Part shown: positions 29,747 through 39,261 of the stretch, piece after piece
Numbering within the stretch: the stretch's first letter is position 1
Layout of the letters: each line of letters begins with the position of its first letter
Assembly (NCBI RefSeq): GCF_048268045.1
Contig: NZ_JBLWWG010000010.1
Coordinates: forward strand, 47,288 to 111,287
Direction of reading: 5' to 3'
Length of the DNA: 64,000 nt
From: Stappia sp.
GTDB taxonomy: Bacteria > Pseudomonadota > Alphaproteobacteria > Rhizobiales > Stappiaceae
The notes under the pieces: generated by a model
The model's database searches: none
The model's input: the letters and a program-made list of their open reading frames with translations, nothing else
What the model was told of the DNA's origin: nothing
Position numbers and translations under genes: made by a program

Positions 29747-30868
29747 TCACTGGACAACAATCGGACCGGGTGCGCTGATCTGTGTCATCAGGTCGTCGTC
29801 CCAGTCGCCCTCGACCGTGACATGCCCCGTCGCGCCGAGTTCGGCCGCCTCGATCAGGTTGTGGTTGACATAGGCGTAGATGCCCGGCTGCAGGAAGGTG
29901 TAGAGCGCCGCTGCCGCGCTGCCGCCGCGCACGAACCAGGTCTCCTGATCACGCTGCGGGAGGTTGGCGAACTTGCCGTTCTCCCAGACCCAGTCGCCAT
30001 GGCCACCGATCAGGTGCGGACGGGTGTCCCGGTTGGCAGTGCTGTGGATGAAGAGCACCGTCTCGCCGACCTTCGCCTTCATCGCGTTGTCGCCGGTCAG
30101 CGATCCCTTGGCGCCGTTGAAGACGACATGGGTCGGGATCAGGCCACGCATCACCTCGATGGTATCGGCGAAAGCATCGCCAGCGCTCTCATAGGTCTTG
30201 TAGTTGCCGTCCTCGTCCCGCGGGATATAGAGGTCGAACTCGCCGATGGTATAGATGCGGTCATAGCGGACCGGGTTGCCGTCGCCGTCCTTGAGCCCGT
30301 CGCGCGGCAGTACCATCAGAGCGCCGCTCATGCCGCTGACCACATGCCAGGGAACCATGCCCGGAGGGGCGCAGTGATAGACAAAGGTGCCGGTGCGGGT
30401 CGCCTTGAAGCGCAGCGTCGCCTGTTCGCCCGGATTGACGAGCGTCAGTTGCGCGCCACCCAGAGCGCCTGTGGCGGCGTGGAAATCGATGTTGTGCGGC
30501 ATCGAGTTGGCTTCGGGATTGATCAGCGTCAGCTGGACATAGTCGCCCTCGTGCACCACCATGGTGGGACCGGGCATCGATCCATCGAAGGTCATGGCCT
30601 GGAAGGTCGTGCCTTCGTCGTCGACGACAACCGTCTTTTCCTCAATGGTCATGGTGAACTCGACCACTTTCGGAGCGCCTGTCGCAACCTGATCATGCTC
30701 CATGACGAACGGCGGACGCAGGAGCTTGGCCTTGACATGCTCGAGCGTGTCGGCGCTCTTGTCCGGGCCGGTGTAGCTGACTGTCCGAGCCTCCTCGGCG
30801 ACAACCGGGGTGGCAGCCAGAAGTGCAGCTGCGGCGGTGCCGATGAGTGCGGTGCGGCGGGTGATCAT
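29747..30868 (-). CDS. nirK: Copper-containing nitrite reductase
   Basis: Tat signal TRR; [37 protein letters not shown] and YVNHNLIEA motifs. Confidence 0.98.
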   Translation of the reverse strand: MITRRTALIGTAAAALLAATPVVAEEARTVSYTGPDKSADTLEHVKAKLLRPPFVMEHDQVATGAPKVVEFTMTIEEKTVVVDDEGTTFQAMTFDGSMPGPTMVVHEGDYVQLTLINPEANSMPHNIDFHAATGALGGAQLTLVNPGEQATLRFKATRTGTFVYHCAPPGMVPWHVVSGMSGALMVLPRDGLKDGDGNPVRYDRIYTIGEFDLYIPRDEDGNYKTYESAGDAFADTIEVMRGLIPTHVVFNGAKGSLTGDNAMKAKVGETVLFIHSTANRDTRPHLIGGHGDWVWENGKFANLPQRDQETWFVRGGSAAAALYTFLQPGIYAYVNHNLIEAAELGATGHVTVEGDWDDDLMTQISAPGPIVVQ

Positions 30869-30937
30869 GGCTGTGTCCTTTCGTGTCGTCGGTCGTTATC
30901 GACGCCACGACTGAACACCACGTCGCGGTTTCCCTAT

Positions 30938-30951
30938 TTGAGAAAACGCAA
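30938..30951. promoter_or_regulatory. NnrR box of the nirK promoter
   Basis: TTGAG-AAAA-CGCAA (reverse strand TTGCG-TTTT-CTCAA) between divergent nirK and nnrR. Confidence 0.75.
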
Positions 30952-31036
30952 ACAAGATCGACATTCGGCCCGGATTTCTCAGGAAGTGCCGTTGCCGGGA
31001 ACAGAAACTGCAAGGAACCCTTACGGGAGATTACAC

Positions 31037-31738
31037 ATGCCGCAAGGGAATCTCGACCGCTCGCTGATCCGCGACCTCACGATCTTCCAATCGATGGGCG
31101 AGGAAGATCTCGACGCTGTTCTGGCGATGGCCGTGTCGCGACGCTTCGCGCCCGGCGCCTCTGTCTTCGAGCAGGGATTTGAGGCGAAGGAGTTCTTCGC
31201 GCTACTGCACGGCAGACTCAAGGTCGTGCAGACGACACCGAACGGCCAGCAGGTGGTGGTCCGCCACGTCAGCCCCGGCGATATCTTCGGCATCGCCAAG
31301 GCGATGCGGCGCACGGATTATCCAGCGACAGCGCTTGCGGTCACGGACAGCATCGCGCTGGTCTGGCCGTCGAGCCAGTGGGACAGCTTCATCGCCAGAA
31401 GCCCCGTGCTCGCGATGAACGCGCTGCAGACGGTGGGTCAGAGACTGCAGGACGCCCACACCCGCATTCGCGAACTCTCGACGGAGGAAGTCGAGCGACG
31501 CGTCGCGCATGCGCTCCTGAGGCTCGTCAATCAGGCCGGGCGGAAAACCGAGGACGGCATCCTGATCGATTTTCCGGTAACCCGGCAGGACATTGCCGAG
31601 ATGACCGGAACGACATTACACACCGTCAGCCGGGTAATGACAGCCTGGGAGGGCAAGGGCCTCGTCTCCAGCGCGCGCAAGAAGGTTGTCGTGTGCGATG
31701 CTCACAAGCTTTTCATGATCGCAGAACGTCAGACCTAG
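31037..31738 (+). CDS. nnrR: Crp/Fnr-family NO-responsive regulator NnrR
   Basis: PGDIFG.A....R.DYPATA, EVERRVAHALLRL and FPVTRQDIAEMTGTTLHTVSR motifs; divergent from nirK. Confidence 0.93.
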   Translation: MPQGNLDRSLIRDLTIFQSMGEEDLDAVLAMAVSRRFAPGASVFEQGFEAKEFFALLHGRLKVVQTTPNGQQVVVRHVSPGDIFGIAKAMRRTDYPATALAVTDSIALVWPSSQWDSFIARSPVLAMNALQTVGQRLQDAHTRIRELSTEEVERRVAHALLRLVNQAGRKTEDGILIDFPVTRQDIAEMTGTTLHTVSRVMTAWEGKGLVSSARKKVVVCDAHKLFMIAERQT

Positions 31739-31763
31739 CGGGGCGGAGCGCCCTGCGGCTCCC

Positions 31764-32078
31764 CTAGTGCGACAGCTTCATCGTCACGATGCCGGCAATA
31801 ATGAGCAGGGCAGCCACGACACGCTGCGGCGAGATTGCCTCGCCCAAAAACAACACGCCGACGCAGAAGGCGCCCACGGCTCCAATGCCCGTCCAGACCA
31901 TATAGGCGGTGCCGAGCGGGAGATCGCGCATCGCAAGCGCGAGCAGGCCGAACGAGCCCAGCATCGCAACGATCATGACCAAGGTGGAGGGAAGATGGGT
32001 GAACCCTTGCGATTGCTTCATCGCATAGGCCCAGACGACCTCGAGCAGGCCAGCAACGAACAGAAGACCCCAGGACAT
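31764..32078 (-). CDS. sugE: SMR-family guanidinium exporter (SugE/Gdx)
   Basis: 104 aa; AGLLEVVW and LPLGTAYMVWTGIGAVG motifs; preceded by a guanidine-II riboswitch. Confidence 0.93.
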   Translation of the reverse strand: MSWGLLFVAGLLEVVWAYAMKQSQGFTHLPSTLVMIVAMLGSFGLLALAMRDLPLGTAYMVWTGIGAVGAFCVGVLFLGEAISPQRVVAALLIIAGIVTMKLSH

Positions 32079-32089
32079 AGCATCCCCGT

Positions 32090-32142
32090 ATGCGGGCCGT
32101 CCCGAGCGCTATACCCACCATGGGTGGAGGTCGTCCTCTCCG
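32090..32142 (-). ncRNA. Guanidine-II (mini-ykkC) riboswitch
   Basis: Minus strand: GAGG-ACGA-CCTC ... CGGG-ACGG-CCCG, two short stems with ACGR tetraloops, ending 14 nt before the sugE ATG. Confidence 0.9.
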
Positions 32143-32189
32143 CCAGCAGATAAACCACCCTTCACCGCCTGGCAAGAGGTGACGACGCC

Positions 32190-32420
32190 TCAGAGGGCAC
32201 CCTCCCCTCGCGCCATCGCCAGGTTGAGATCCTCGATGAACCGGGGGAGCGCGACACCGTGCTCGCGGCAGGCCTCTTCGAGGTCGTGAAGACGCGCGAC
32301 CGGGCAGCCGACGCACATCATGCGGTGACTTAGAAAGACGGCGATCGTCGCGCTGTGCGTTGCCATGAGCTCGCCAACGATGGTTTCAGCGCCGATCGGC
32401 AGCAGATTTTTCCTGACCAT
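32190..32420 (-). CDS. DUF1858 (ScdA_N-like) small protein
   Basis: IVGELM...SATIAVFLSHRMMCVGCP......LEEACREHGV pattern. Confidence 0.85.
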   Translation of the reverse strand: MVRKNLLPIGAETIVGELMATHSATIAVFLSHRMMCVGCPVARLHDLEEACREHGVALPRFIEDLNLAMARGEGAL

Positions 32421-32478
32421 TCGAATGCTCCTCGCAGCTTGCAGGCTCCATCGCTACACCCGTTTTCTCTGCCGTTCT

Positions 32479-32492
32479 TTGTCCCCGCGCAA
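32479..32492. promoter_or_regulatory. NnrR-type box between divergent DUF1858 and the second nnrS
   Basis: TTGTC-CCCG-CGCAA. Confidence 0.6.
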
Positions 32493-32576
32493 CGAAGACA
32501 GCCATCGGGCGGGCTAAACGGGACCTTTCGAAGATCCGCGCGGGCGCAGTGTCCCGCGCCAACCGGGAGAGCCCTG

Positions 32577-33752
32577 ATGGCAACCGCCACCTTCCGACGC
32601 GGACAGGAAACACGCGCAAACATCGGCGGGTGGTGGTTCGCGGTCGCATTTCGTCCGCTTTTCGCCGCCGCTTCGCTGTTTGCCGCAGCAGCCATTCCTC
32701 TTTGGATCTGGATCTACCTGACCGGCATTGCGACCATCGCCGGCATGCCGGCCGCCATATGGCACGCTCACGAGATGGTTTTTGGCTTTGTTCCTCCGAT
32801 CATGGCCGGCTACCTGCTTGCAGCCACGCCCAACTGGTCCGGCAAGCTGCCGACCCAGGGACTGCCTCTTGCGGGGCTTGTGCTGCTCTGGGCGCTTGGC
32901 CGGCTGGTTCCGCTCGCAAGCCCGCTTGTTCCAGCCATTGTTGCCGAGAGCCTGTTTCCCCTCGCGGTTGCCGCGGTGCTCTGGCGCGAAGCGCGCCATC
33001 GCCGGCCCGGGCAATCCCGCCACGGACTGGCGTTGTTTCCCGTCATTGCGGCGGCGGCGGCGGCGCACCGCGTGTTCGCGTTCGATCCCGAGGTCGCAGC
33101 ACTTTTCGCCAGGGGCGGTGTGGCGGTCGCGATGCTGCTGATCTCTGCCGTCGGCGGTCGGCTGGTGCCGAGCCTGACACGCAACAGCCTTGCGGGACGC
33201 TGCGCAGACCGTGTGCCCGTGCCCTACGGCCGGTTCGACGTGATCGTCCTGCTGATCGCAAGCCAAGCGCTCGCGGTGTGGGTCGCCTCGCCGCTCAGCC
33301 CCGCCTCGGCGGCCACCATGACCATCGCCGGCCTGCTCCAGGCCCTGCGCCTCGCGCGTTGGCGGGGGTGGCTGCTTCGCAGGGCCGATATTCTGGCGCT
33401 GCACGCCGGCTATGCCTGGCTTGTGGCCGGCACCCTGCTTGCCGGAGCCGCGGCCGAGCCGCTGTCGCTCGCGCCGCCGGACGCGGCACTCCATGCCATG
33501 ACGGCAGGAGCCATCGGCTGCATGACGCTCGCGGTGATGTCCCGCCTTGCCGTGCACCGGGGTCCTGGCGGCAAGGCCAGCGGGCGACTTGCCGCCATTG
33601 CTCTCGTCGCGGTCAATCTGGGTGCAACGCTACGTGTCGCGGCGCCGCTGCTCCCCGAGCACATGCCGGTTCTGCTGATCGCCGGGGCAACCGTGTGGAG
33701 CGTTGCCTTCCTCCTCTTTGCGCTCGCACTCGCGCGCGGCCGAAGGCAATGA
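32577..33752 (+). CDS. nnrS: NnrS-family membrane protein (copy 2)
   Basis: AFRPLF, WHAHEMVFGF, PNWSG, GGRLVPSLT, LHAGY and HAMTAGAIG motifs. Confidence 0.9.
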   Translation: MATATFRRGQETRANIGGWWFAVAFRPLFAAASLFAAAAIPLWIWIYLTGIATIAGMPAAIWHAHEMVFGFVPPIMAGYLLAATPNWSGKLPTQGLPLAGLVLLWALGRLVPLASPLVPAIVAESLFPLAVAAVLWREARHRRPGQSRHGLALFPVIAAAAAAHRVFAFDPEVAALFARGGVAVAMLLISAVGGRLVPSLTRNSLAGRCADRVPVPYGRFDVIVLLIASQALAVWVASPLSPASAATMTIAGLLQALRLARWRGWLLRRADILALHAGYAWLVAGTLLAGAAAEPLSLAPPDAALHAMTAGAIGCMTLAVMSRLAVHRGPGGKASGRLAAIALVAVNLGATLRVAAPLLPEHMPVLLIAGATVWSVAFLLFALALARGRRQ

Positions 33753-33819
33753 CCCAAGCGCCACAGAGCGAGGTGACTGAGCAAGAAGACCTATGCCGCG
33801 TATCCGCCCGGAAGCGGCG

Positions 33820-34950
33820 TCACGGAACGGCAGCGACGAGCAGGAAGCTGCCGAAGATTACCAGATGCACAGCCCCCTGGACGATCGTCGTGCGACCGCT
33901 TGCAAGCGTCAGCGTGCCGATGAAGAGCGTCAGCGCCAGAAACAGGACGTGCTCCGTATCGAGGCCCAGCGTCAGGTTCTTGTGCGTTACAAGCGACGCG
34001 ATGGCGATCGCCGGGATCGACAGGCCGATGCTGGCCAACGCGGATCCGGTGGAAACGTTGAGGCTGGTCTGCAGCCGGTTGTCCGCGGCGGCTCGCAGAG
34101 CCGTGAGCGCCTCGGGCAACAGCACGATGGCGGCGATGATGACGCCGACAAAGGCATCGGCGAAACCGATGCTTGCAACTCCATGCTCAATACCCGGCGC
34201 CAGCGCTTCCGCCAGCAGAATGACGGCGACGAGCGCGATCACCAACAACACCCCGCTCAGGACCGCCTGCCTTTTGGTCGGCATATGCGTACCTTCGAGT
34301 ATCTCGTCGTCCATATCGACGAAATCGGCACGGTGGCGCACGGTCTGGGCGAACAGGAAGGTGGCATAGAGGATCGCCGAAACGACAGCCACGAAGATGA
34401 GCTGTACCGGCGAGTAGAACGGCCCGGCGACCGCCGTCGTGTAATTCGGCAGCGCAAGAGCGAGCACCGCAAGCGCGCCGAGCACGCTGAAGGCGGCAAT
34501 CGCGCCGTGGCTTCGGAAGAGCTGCTCCTTGTGCCGGATGCCGCCAATGAGCAGGCTGAGACCGATGATGCCGTTGAGGACAAGCATCAGCGTCGCGAAG
34601 ACGGTGTCGCGAGCAATTGTCGTATCTCCCTCGGAGGGCGCCATCATCATCGAAATGATCAGCGAGACCTCGATCACCGTCACCGCGGTGGCAAGCACGA
34701 TGGAACCGAAAGGCTGTCCGAACCGCGCCGAGACAATCTCGGCATAATGCACCGCCCCGAAGACGGAGATGATCAGCAGCGGAACGGCAGGAACGATGAA
34801 GAATACGCTCTCCTCTGCGACGAGGTGCAACTGCTCGACAGCGACCAGCACGAAGGCAAGAGCAAGGCTTGCCAGTCCTTTCCAGGTGGCGACCGGATGC
34901 CCTGGCGCGCCCGCCACCGCCTTGGTCGTGCCGCTGCTTTCGCCAGTCAT
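33820..34950 (-). CDS. chaA: Ca2+/H+ (CaCA family) antiporter, ChaA-like
   Basis: AVHYAEIVS...GQPFGSIVLA..V..IEV, ARDTVFA and LLPEALTA motifs. Confidence 0.88.
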   Translation of the reverse strand: MTGESSGTTKAVAGAPGHPVATWKGLASLALAFVLVAVEQLHLVAEESVFFIVPAVPLLIISVFGAVHYAEIVSARFGQPFGSIVLATAVTVIEVSLIISMMMAPSEGDTTIARDTVFATLMLVLNGIIGLSLLIGGIRHKEQLFRSHGAIAAFSVLGALAVLALALPNYTTAVAGPFYSPVQLIFVAVVSAILYATFLFAQTVRHRADFVDMDDEILEGTHMPTKRQAVLSGVLLVIALVAVILLAEALAPGIEHGVASIGFADAFVGVIIAAIVLLPEALTALRAAADNRLQTSLNVSTGSALASIGLSIPAIAIASLVTHKNLTLGLDTEHVLFLALTLFIGTLTLASGRTTIVQGAVHLVIFGSFLLVAAVP

Positions 34951-35070
34951 GGAGCCCCTTCCTGAATCCGCGCGCCGTTACGGCCCTTAAAGAGCGAGCT
35001 TTAGCCATGCGGCATGACGAAACTGTAAAGGTCTGCCTGCCCGCTGGTCTTTCGCGGCGAAAGCCCGTCC

Positions 35071-36348
35071 TCAGGGCAAGGGCGCGGATGAGGGCGCAAG
35101 GCGTCCGGCGCGCAATTCCGCGACGAGGATGCCAAGCGCGACCAAAGCGAGCGGATAGGCAATCGCGAGCCCCTGTGCCAGCACGAGAGCAAGGGCCAGC
35201 AGGCCGACGCCGACGGCCAGCATCCTTTCCAGGAGATTGCGTCCGACCCGGAACAGCGCCATCGCAGCGACGCCGTAAAGGATCAGGAAGTTCTGGCCCG
35301 AAAGCGCCAGCATCCAGTCGAGCCGGAAGAGCCCCGCGCCGCTGGCGCCGATCACCGCGGCAAGCGCCAGCGCGGTCGTCATGACCGCCACCCAGGGCGA
35401 GCCGCCCCGCGTCCGGGCGAAGACCTCCGGCAGAACGCCCTCGCGGCTAAGGGAAAAGACAAGGCGCGAGACCGCCCATATCGCTCCGGCGAGATTGGCC
35501 AGGATGATCGTGCCCGCGAGAAGCGCCACCGCGGTCTCTCCGGCCGCGCCCAGGCTTGCCCGAGCGATGGTGGCAAAGGCCGTCTCGTAGCGCCCACCGA
35601 GGTCCAGCCGCTGCGCGAGGTAGGCAATGGCGAGATAGAGCGCCACTGTCACGGCGTAGGAGGCGAGCATCGCCAGTGGAAAATCCCGCCGAGGATTGCG
35701 GAATTCCTCGGCCGTGTTCGCCGCGATCTCCCAGCCAGTGAAGGCGAAGAACAGCATCATGAAGGGCGCTGCGGCGCGCGAAAGGCTGATTTCCTCCGGG
35801 ATCAGGGGACCGACGCCGCCCTGCGCGCCGCCATCCGCCGCTGCCCCGGCGAAGGCAAGACCGGCGATGGCCAGACCGACCACTGCCAGCGTGATCGTCA
35901 CCGCCATCACGGAGTTGACCCGCGAGACCGCTTCGCTGGGGGCGAGATGCAGGAGCGTTGCGCAGGCGAGAAGCATCAGGCCCGTCGCATAGGGCGGCAG
36001 GCCTGTGAGCGCCGCCAGATAATGCCCGCCCGTTAACGCAATGGACGGCAAGCCGAACAGGACGGCACCCAACAGCAGGAAGGAGGCGGCGACATAGCCG
36101 CGCCGGCCGAAGCCCACATCGGCATAATGGGCGATGCCACCGGCGTTCGGATAGCGCCGGCCGAGGAGGATAAAGGCGCCCAGCAAGGGCAGCGAGGCCA
36201 GCGCGCAGAGCACCCAACCCAGGAACGCATGGTCACCCGCCTGCCGCACGGCCAGGCCCGGCAGCGCGAGAAGTCCCGCGCCGATGACGATGTTCATCAT
36301 CAAGGCGATGCCCCGGGGAACTGTCAGGGGATGGCGAAGTCCGGACAT
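35071..36348 (-). CDS. APC-family amino-acid exporter, YjeH-like
   Basis: IVIGAGLLALPG, YPNAGGIAHY, FFAFTGWE and EEFRNPRRDFP motifs. True start 36348; the track ORF extends spuriously to 37248. Confidence 0.8.
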   Translation of the reverse strand: MSGLRHPLTVPRGIALMMNIVIGAGLLALPGLAVRQAGDHAFLGWVLCALASLPLLGAFILLGRRYPNAGGIAHYADVGFGRRGYVAASFLLLGAVLFGLPSIALTGGHYLAALTGLPPYATGLMLLACATLLHLAPSEAVSRVNSVMAVTITLAVVGLAIAGLAFAGAAADGGAQGGVGPLIPEEISLSRAAAPFMMLFFAFTGWEIAANTAEEFRNPRRDFPLAMLASYAVTVALYLAIAYLAQRLDLGGRYETAFATIARASLGAAGETAVALLAGTIILANLAGAIWAVSRLVFSLSREGVLPEVFARTRGGSPWVAVMTTALALAAVIGASGAGLFRLDWMLALSGQNFLILYGVAAMALFRVGRNLLERMLAVGVGLLALALVLAQGLAIAYPLALVALGILVAELRAGRLAPSSAPLP

Positions 36349-36699
36349 TCCTGCCTCATTCTCGCATTGCGTGCGGGCCGCGAGCGTCTGAACGGGCGCG
36401 CGCAGTCCCCTTCGCGAACAATCCGCGCGGCGCAACGGCCTTTCCCGGTCGCTCGGGCTGTATTGCCGAACTTGCGGGAACGGCCGCCGCTTGCCAGACA
36501 TGAAGCGCCCAGACCCCATCGGACAGCGGACTTCCGCTGCGGCGAACCCGGTCGCGTCTCCCTCTCGCGTCCTCAACGCAATCGCAAAAGCCCTGCTCTC
36601 TGGATAGTCAGACAAACCGAAAGGCGATATCTTGCGATTTGACAAATAGCTATCGAAATGCGAAAAAATTCGCGTATCGGTTGCATATCGGGAAGCAAC

Positions 36700-37272
36700 A
36701 TGACCGGATCCAACGGAAATGCCCGTGCGGACATCGTACTGTCCCCCCTCGACAGGAAACTGCTTCATCTGCTTGAGGAAGATGCCCGCCGGTCCTACAC
36801 CGAGCTTGCCGGGCTGCTTGATGTGTCGCGCATGACCGTCAAGAACCGCATTGATCGCCTGCTGGAGAAGGGCGTCATCGAGACGTTCACCATCAAGCTC
36901 GCAGATGCGGTCGCCGGGCGCACCGCCGGAGGCTCCGAGGGTGAGACTGCGTTCTTCCACCTGAAGTTGAAACGCCCGTTTTGCAAGACGGTCTATGACA
37001 CCGTTCGCTCCTGGCCGGAGATTATCGGCGCCTGGTCGATTGCAGGCGAAACCGACATGACATTGCTCGTCCGCTGCGCTCCCGACGGCACGCTGGAGGA
37101 GGTTCGCGACCGGCTGGCCAGGCATCCGGAAGTGCAATCGCTGTCGACGGCGATGATCCTGCGCCAATGGCGACACCGCACAACGCCCGCGGCAAGCGGA
37201 ATGGCAAGTGTCGTGGCCGAGGACGAAGAAGCGGATCGCACGATCCACGCAATGCCGGAGGGCGTAATGTGA
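36700..37272 (+). CDS. Lrp/AsnC-family regulator
   Basis: LDRKLL.LL.EDARRSYTELA..L.VS..TV.NRI..L HTH; C-terminal RAM domain; divergent from the exporter. Confidence 0.9.
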   Translation: MTGSNGNARADIVLSPLDRKLLHLLEEDARRSYTELAGLLDVSRMTVKNRIDRLLEKGVIETFTIKLADAVAGRTAGGSEGETAFFHLKLKRPFCKTVYDTVRSWPEIIGAWSIAGETDMTLLVRCAPDGTLEEVRDRLARHPEVQSLSTAMILRQWRHRTTPAASGMASVVAEDEEADRTIHAMPEGVM

Positions 37273-37469
37273 AGACAGAAACGAAAGCGAATTCCTTCGT
37301 CCTCATCTCCACCGAGATCAATCGCTGCATCTTCGAAGGGGATGTCGACCAGGCGCTCAGCCTGATCGGTGACTACATGCAGCAGAACGGCATGAAGGCC
37401 TCGCTTGAGGTGGTCGCGGCAATTCCCACCGACGCCGTGCCGCGCGTCACGCGCCACTCCGTCCAGTAG
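37269..37469 (+). CDS. Small hypothetical protein (66 aa), translationally coupled to the Lrp gene
   Basis: GTG start overlaps the Lrp TGA (GTGA); GC3-rich codons; fills the gap to the next gene. Confidence 0.6.
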   Translation: MKTETKANSFVLISTEINRCIFEGDVDQALSLIGDYMQQNGMKASLEVVAAIPTDAVPRVTRHSVQ

Positions 37470-37499
37470 CAAGGGGCCCCGACGACCCGGTGCCTGCCC

Positions 37500-38984
37500 T
37501 CAGAGCAATGCACGGGTGCCATGAGCTGCCGTCTGGCAGTCTAGATCGATCAGCGTGACGATGCGGTTGCCGCGCAGGTCGTTGGCGCAGACGATAAATC
37601 CCTGCTCTTCCATATGGGTGAGAAGCCAGCGCGCACGCCCGGGCGACCGCGTTCCATAGGCTGTCGCGATGTCCTGGTCCGATGGGCAGGGCTCCCCCTT
37701 CAACGCCGAGCGCGCAAGCAGAAGGTAGACGCCGCGCATCTCCTCAGGCAGGCTTGCCGCGACCGTCTCCGCGTTGGCCCACACCTCGGGATCGAGATCG
37801 GTCGCCTCAACGCCGGCCCGAGCCAGCGCCACCCGCTGGCGGAAAGCCGCCAGATCCGGCGGCCTGCCCGGCAGCCGGGCAATCCGGCAGCGGACCTGAA
37901 AATCCTGGTAGAGCGCCGCGACCGGCTGGAAGGCCGCTTCGGGATCGCCGAGAAGTTCCGCGATGATCGCATCGACCGCCTGGTCGAGCGCAGCATCATC
38001 CCTCGGCGCAGCCGTTTCAAGCGCCTCGCGCGCCGTGGCCTGCCGGGTCAGCCGCTCAAGCACCTCGGATGCGGGGACGGTCTCCTGAACGGGCGGCCGC
38101 TCGGCCTCCGTCCGCTCGACATGGGACGCCGGCTGGAAGAGCAGGTCCTGCAGTTCCTCCGGCCGCCCCTGCGGAAGCGGTGTCAGCTTCGGCCCACCTC
38201 CCCGGCCGACGGTCTCGACCACGCCGATGCGGACCTGCGTTGGCCGGCGCGATACCGCCGGACCGAGGGCGACGAAATGACCCCGGTCGAGATTGCGGAA
38301 GGCTTCCGCCTGACGCTTCTCCATGCCGAGAAGGTCTGCAGCGCGCGCCATGTCGATGTCGAGAAACGTCCGCCCCATGAGGAAGTTGGAGGCTTCGGCG
38401 GCAACGTTCTTGGCCAGCTTCGCCAGCCGCTGGGTGGCGATGACGCCGGCCAACCCGCGCTTGCGGCCACGACACATGAGGTTGGTCATGGCCCCGAGCG
38501 AGACGCGGCGGGCGTCCTCACCCGTGTCGCCGGAAGCTGCGGGTGCGAAGAGCTGCGCCTCGTCCACGACCACGAGTACCGGGTACCAATGGTCGCGGTC
38601 CGCCTCGAAAAGAGCGTTGAGGAACACCGCCGCCGCCTTCATCTGGCGGTCGGGGTCGAGACCCTCGAGATTGAGCACGACAGACACTCGATGCGCACGA
38701 ACGCGCGCCGCGATGACCGCAAGGTCGCGCTCGCTCGCCGCCGCGTCGACGACCACATGGCCGAAGCGGTCGGACAAGGTGACGAAGTCCCCTTCCGGAT
38801 CGACGATCACCTGCTGCACCCAGGCCGCGCTCTGCTCAAGCAACCGCCGCAGCAGGTGGGACTTGCCAGAACCGGAATTGCCCTGGACGAGCAGTCGGGT
38901 CGCGAGCAGTTCCTCGAGATCGAAGCAGCACGGGCCGGACATTCCCGCACCCATAAGCTCTCCCATGTCGATCGTGACTGTCAT
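37500..38984 (-). CDS. HerA/FtsK-like P-loop ATPase (DUF87/DUF853-type) with C-terminal wHTH-like region
   Basis: GNSGSGKS Walker A, VVVDEAQLF Walker B, RGRKRG and ATQR motifs. Confidence 0.85.
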   Translation of the reverse strand: MTVTIDMGELMGAGMSGPCCFDLEELLATRLLVQGNSGSGKSHLLRRLLEQSAAWVQQVIVDPEGDFVTLSDRFGHVVVDAAASERDLAVIAARVRAHRVSVVLNLEGLDPDRQMKAAAVFLNALFEADRDHWYPVLVVVDEAQLFAPAASGDTGEDARRVSLGAMTNLMCRGRKRGLAGVIATQRLAKLAKNVAAEASNFLMGRTFLDIDMARAADLLGMEKRQAEAFRNLDRGHFVALGPAVSRRPTQVRIGVVETVGRGGGPKLTPLPQGRPEELQDLLFQPASHVERTEAERPPVQETVPASEVLERLTRQATAREALETAAPRDDAALDQAVDAIIAELLGDPEAAFQPVAALYQDFQVRCRIARLPGRPPDLAAFRQRVALARAGVEATDLDPEVWANAETVAASLPEEMRGVYLLLARSALKGEPCPSDQDIATAYGTRSPGRARWLLTHMEEQGFIVCANDLRGNRIVTLIDLDCQTAAHGTRALL

Positions 38985-39261
38985 TCGCTCGGCTGATCTC
39001 GTGCTTGGATGGCGGTGGTGGCCTCTGAGTGCCACAAAGCGGGGCGCAGCGAAACCGCGTCCTCGCGGGGCAAGGAGGCCGCACACGTTTTCCCCTTTTG
39101 AGGCGGCGGATGCAAGTCCGCAGGCAACTGCCACACCGCTTTGGCAGTAGGACGCGGAGAGGGTGCCCCATCGACAAATTACCCTTACGTCACAAACCTT
39201 TAATCGCTTTGTTAGCCTGTCGTTTACGCGTCTACCGATAAGCCGGAGGCACAGCGCAATT

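Noticed and set aside
37500-38984. HerA ATPase as part of an anti-phage system (Sir2-HerA, HerA-DUF4297)
   Set aside because: No effector gene is adjacent, and composition matches the core genome.
39128-39138. CTGCCACACCG resembling the tRNA-Pro 3' end (CTGCCACTCCG) as a possible attR
   Set aside because: Only 10/11 nt match with no extension and no integrase in between; expected by chance.
39200-39215. CtrA-like half-sites upstream of the globin-CZB receptor
   Set aside because: Spacing is N8 rather than TTAA-N7-TTAA and the second half-site is degenerate.
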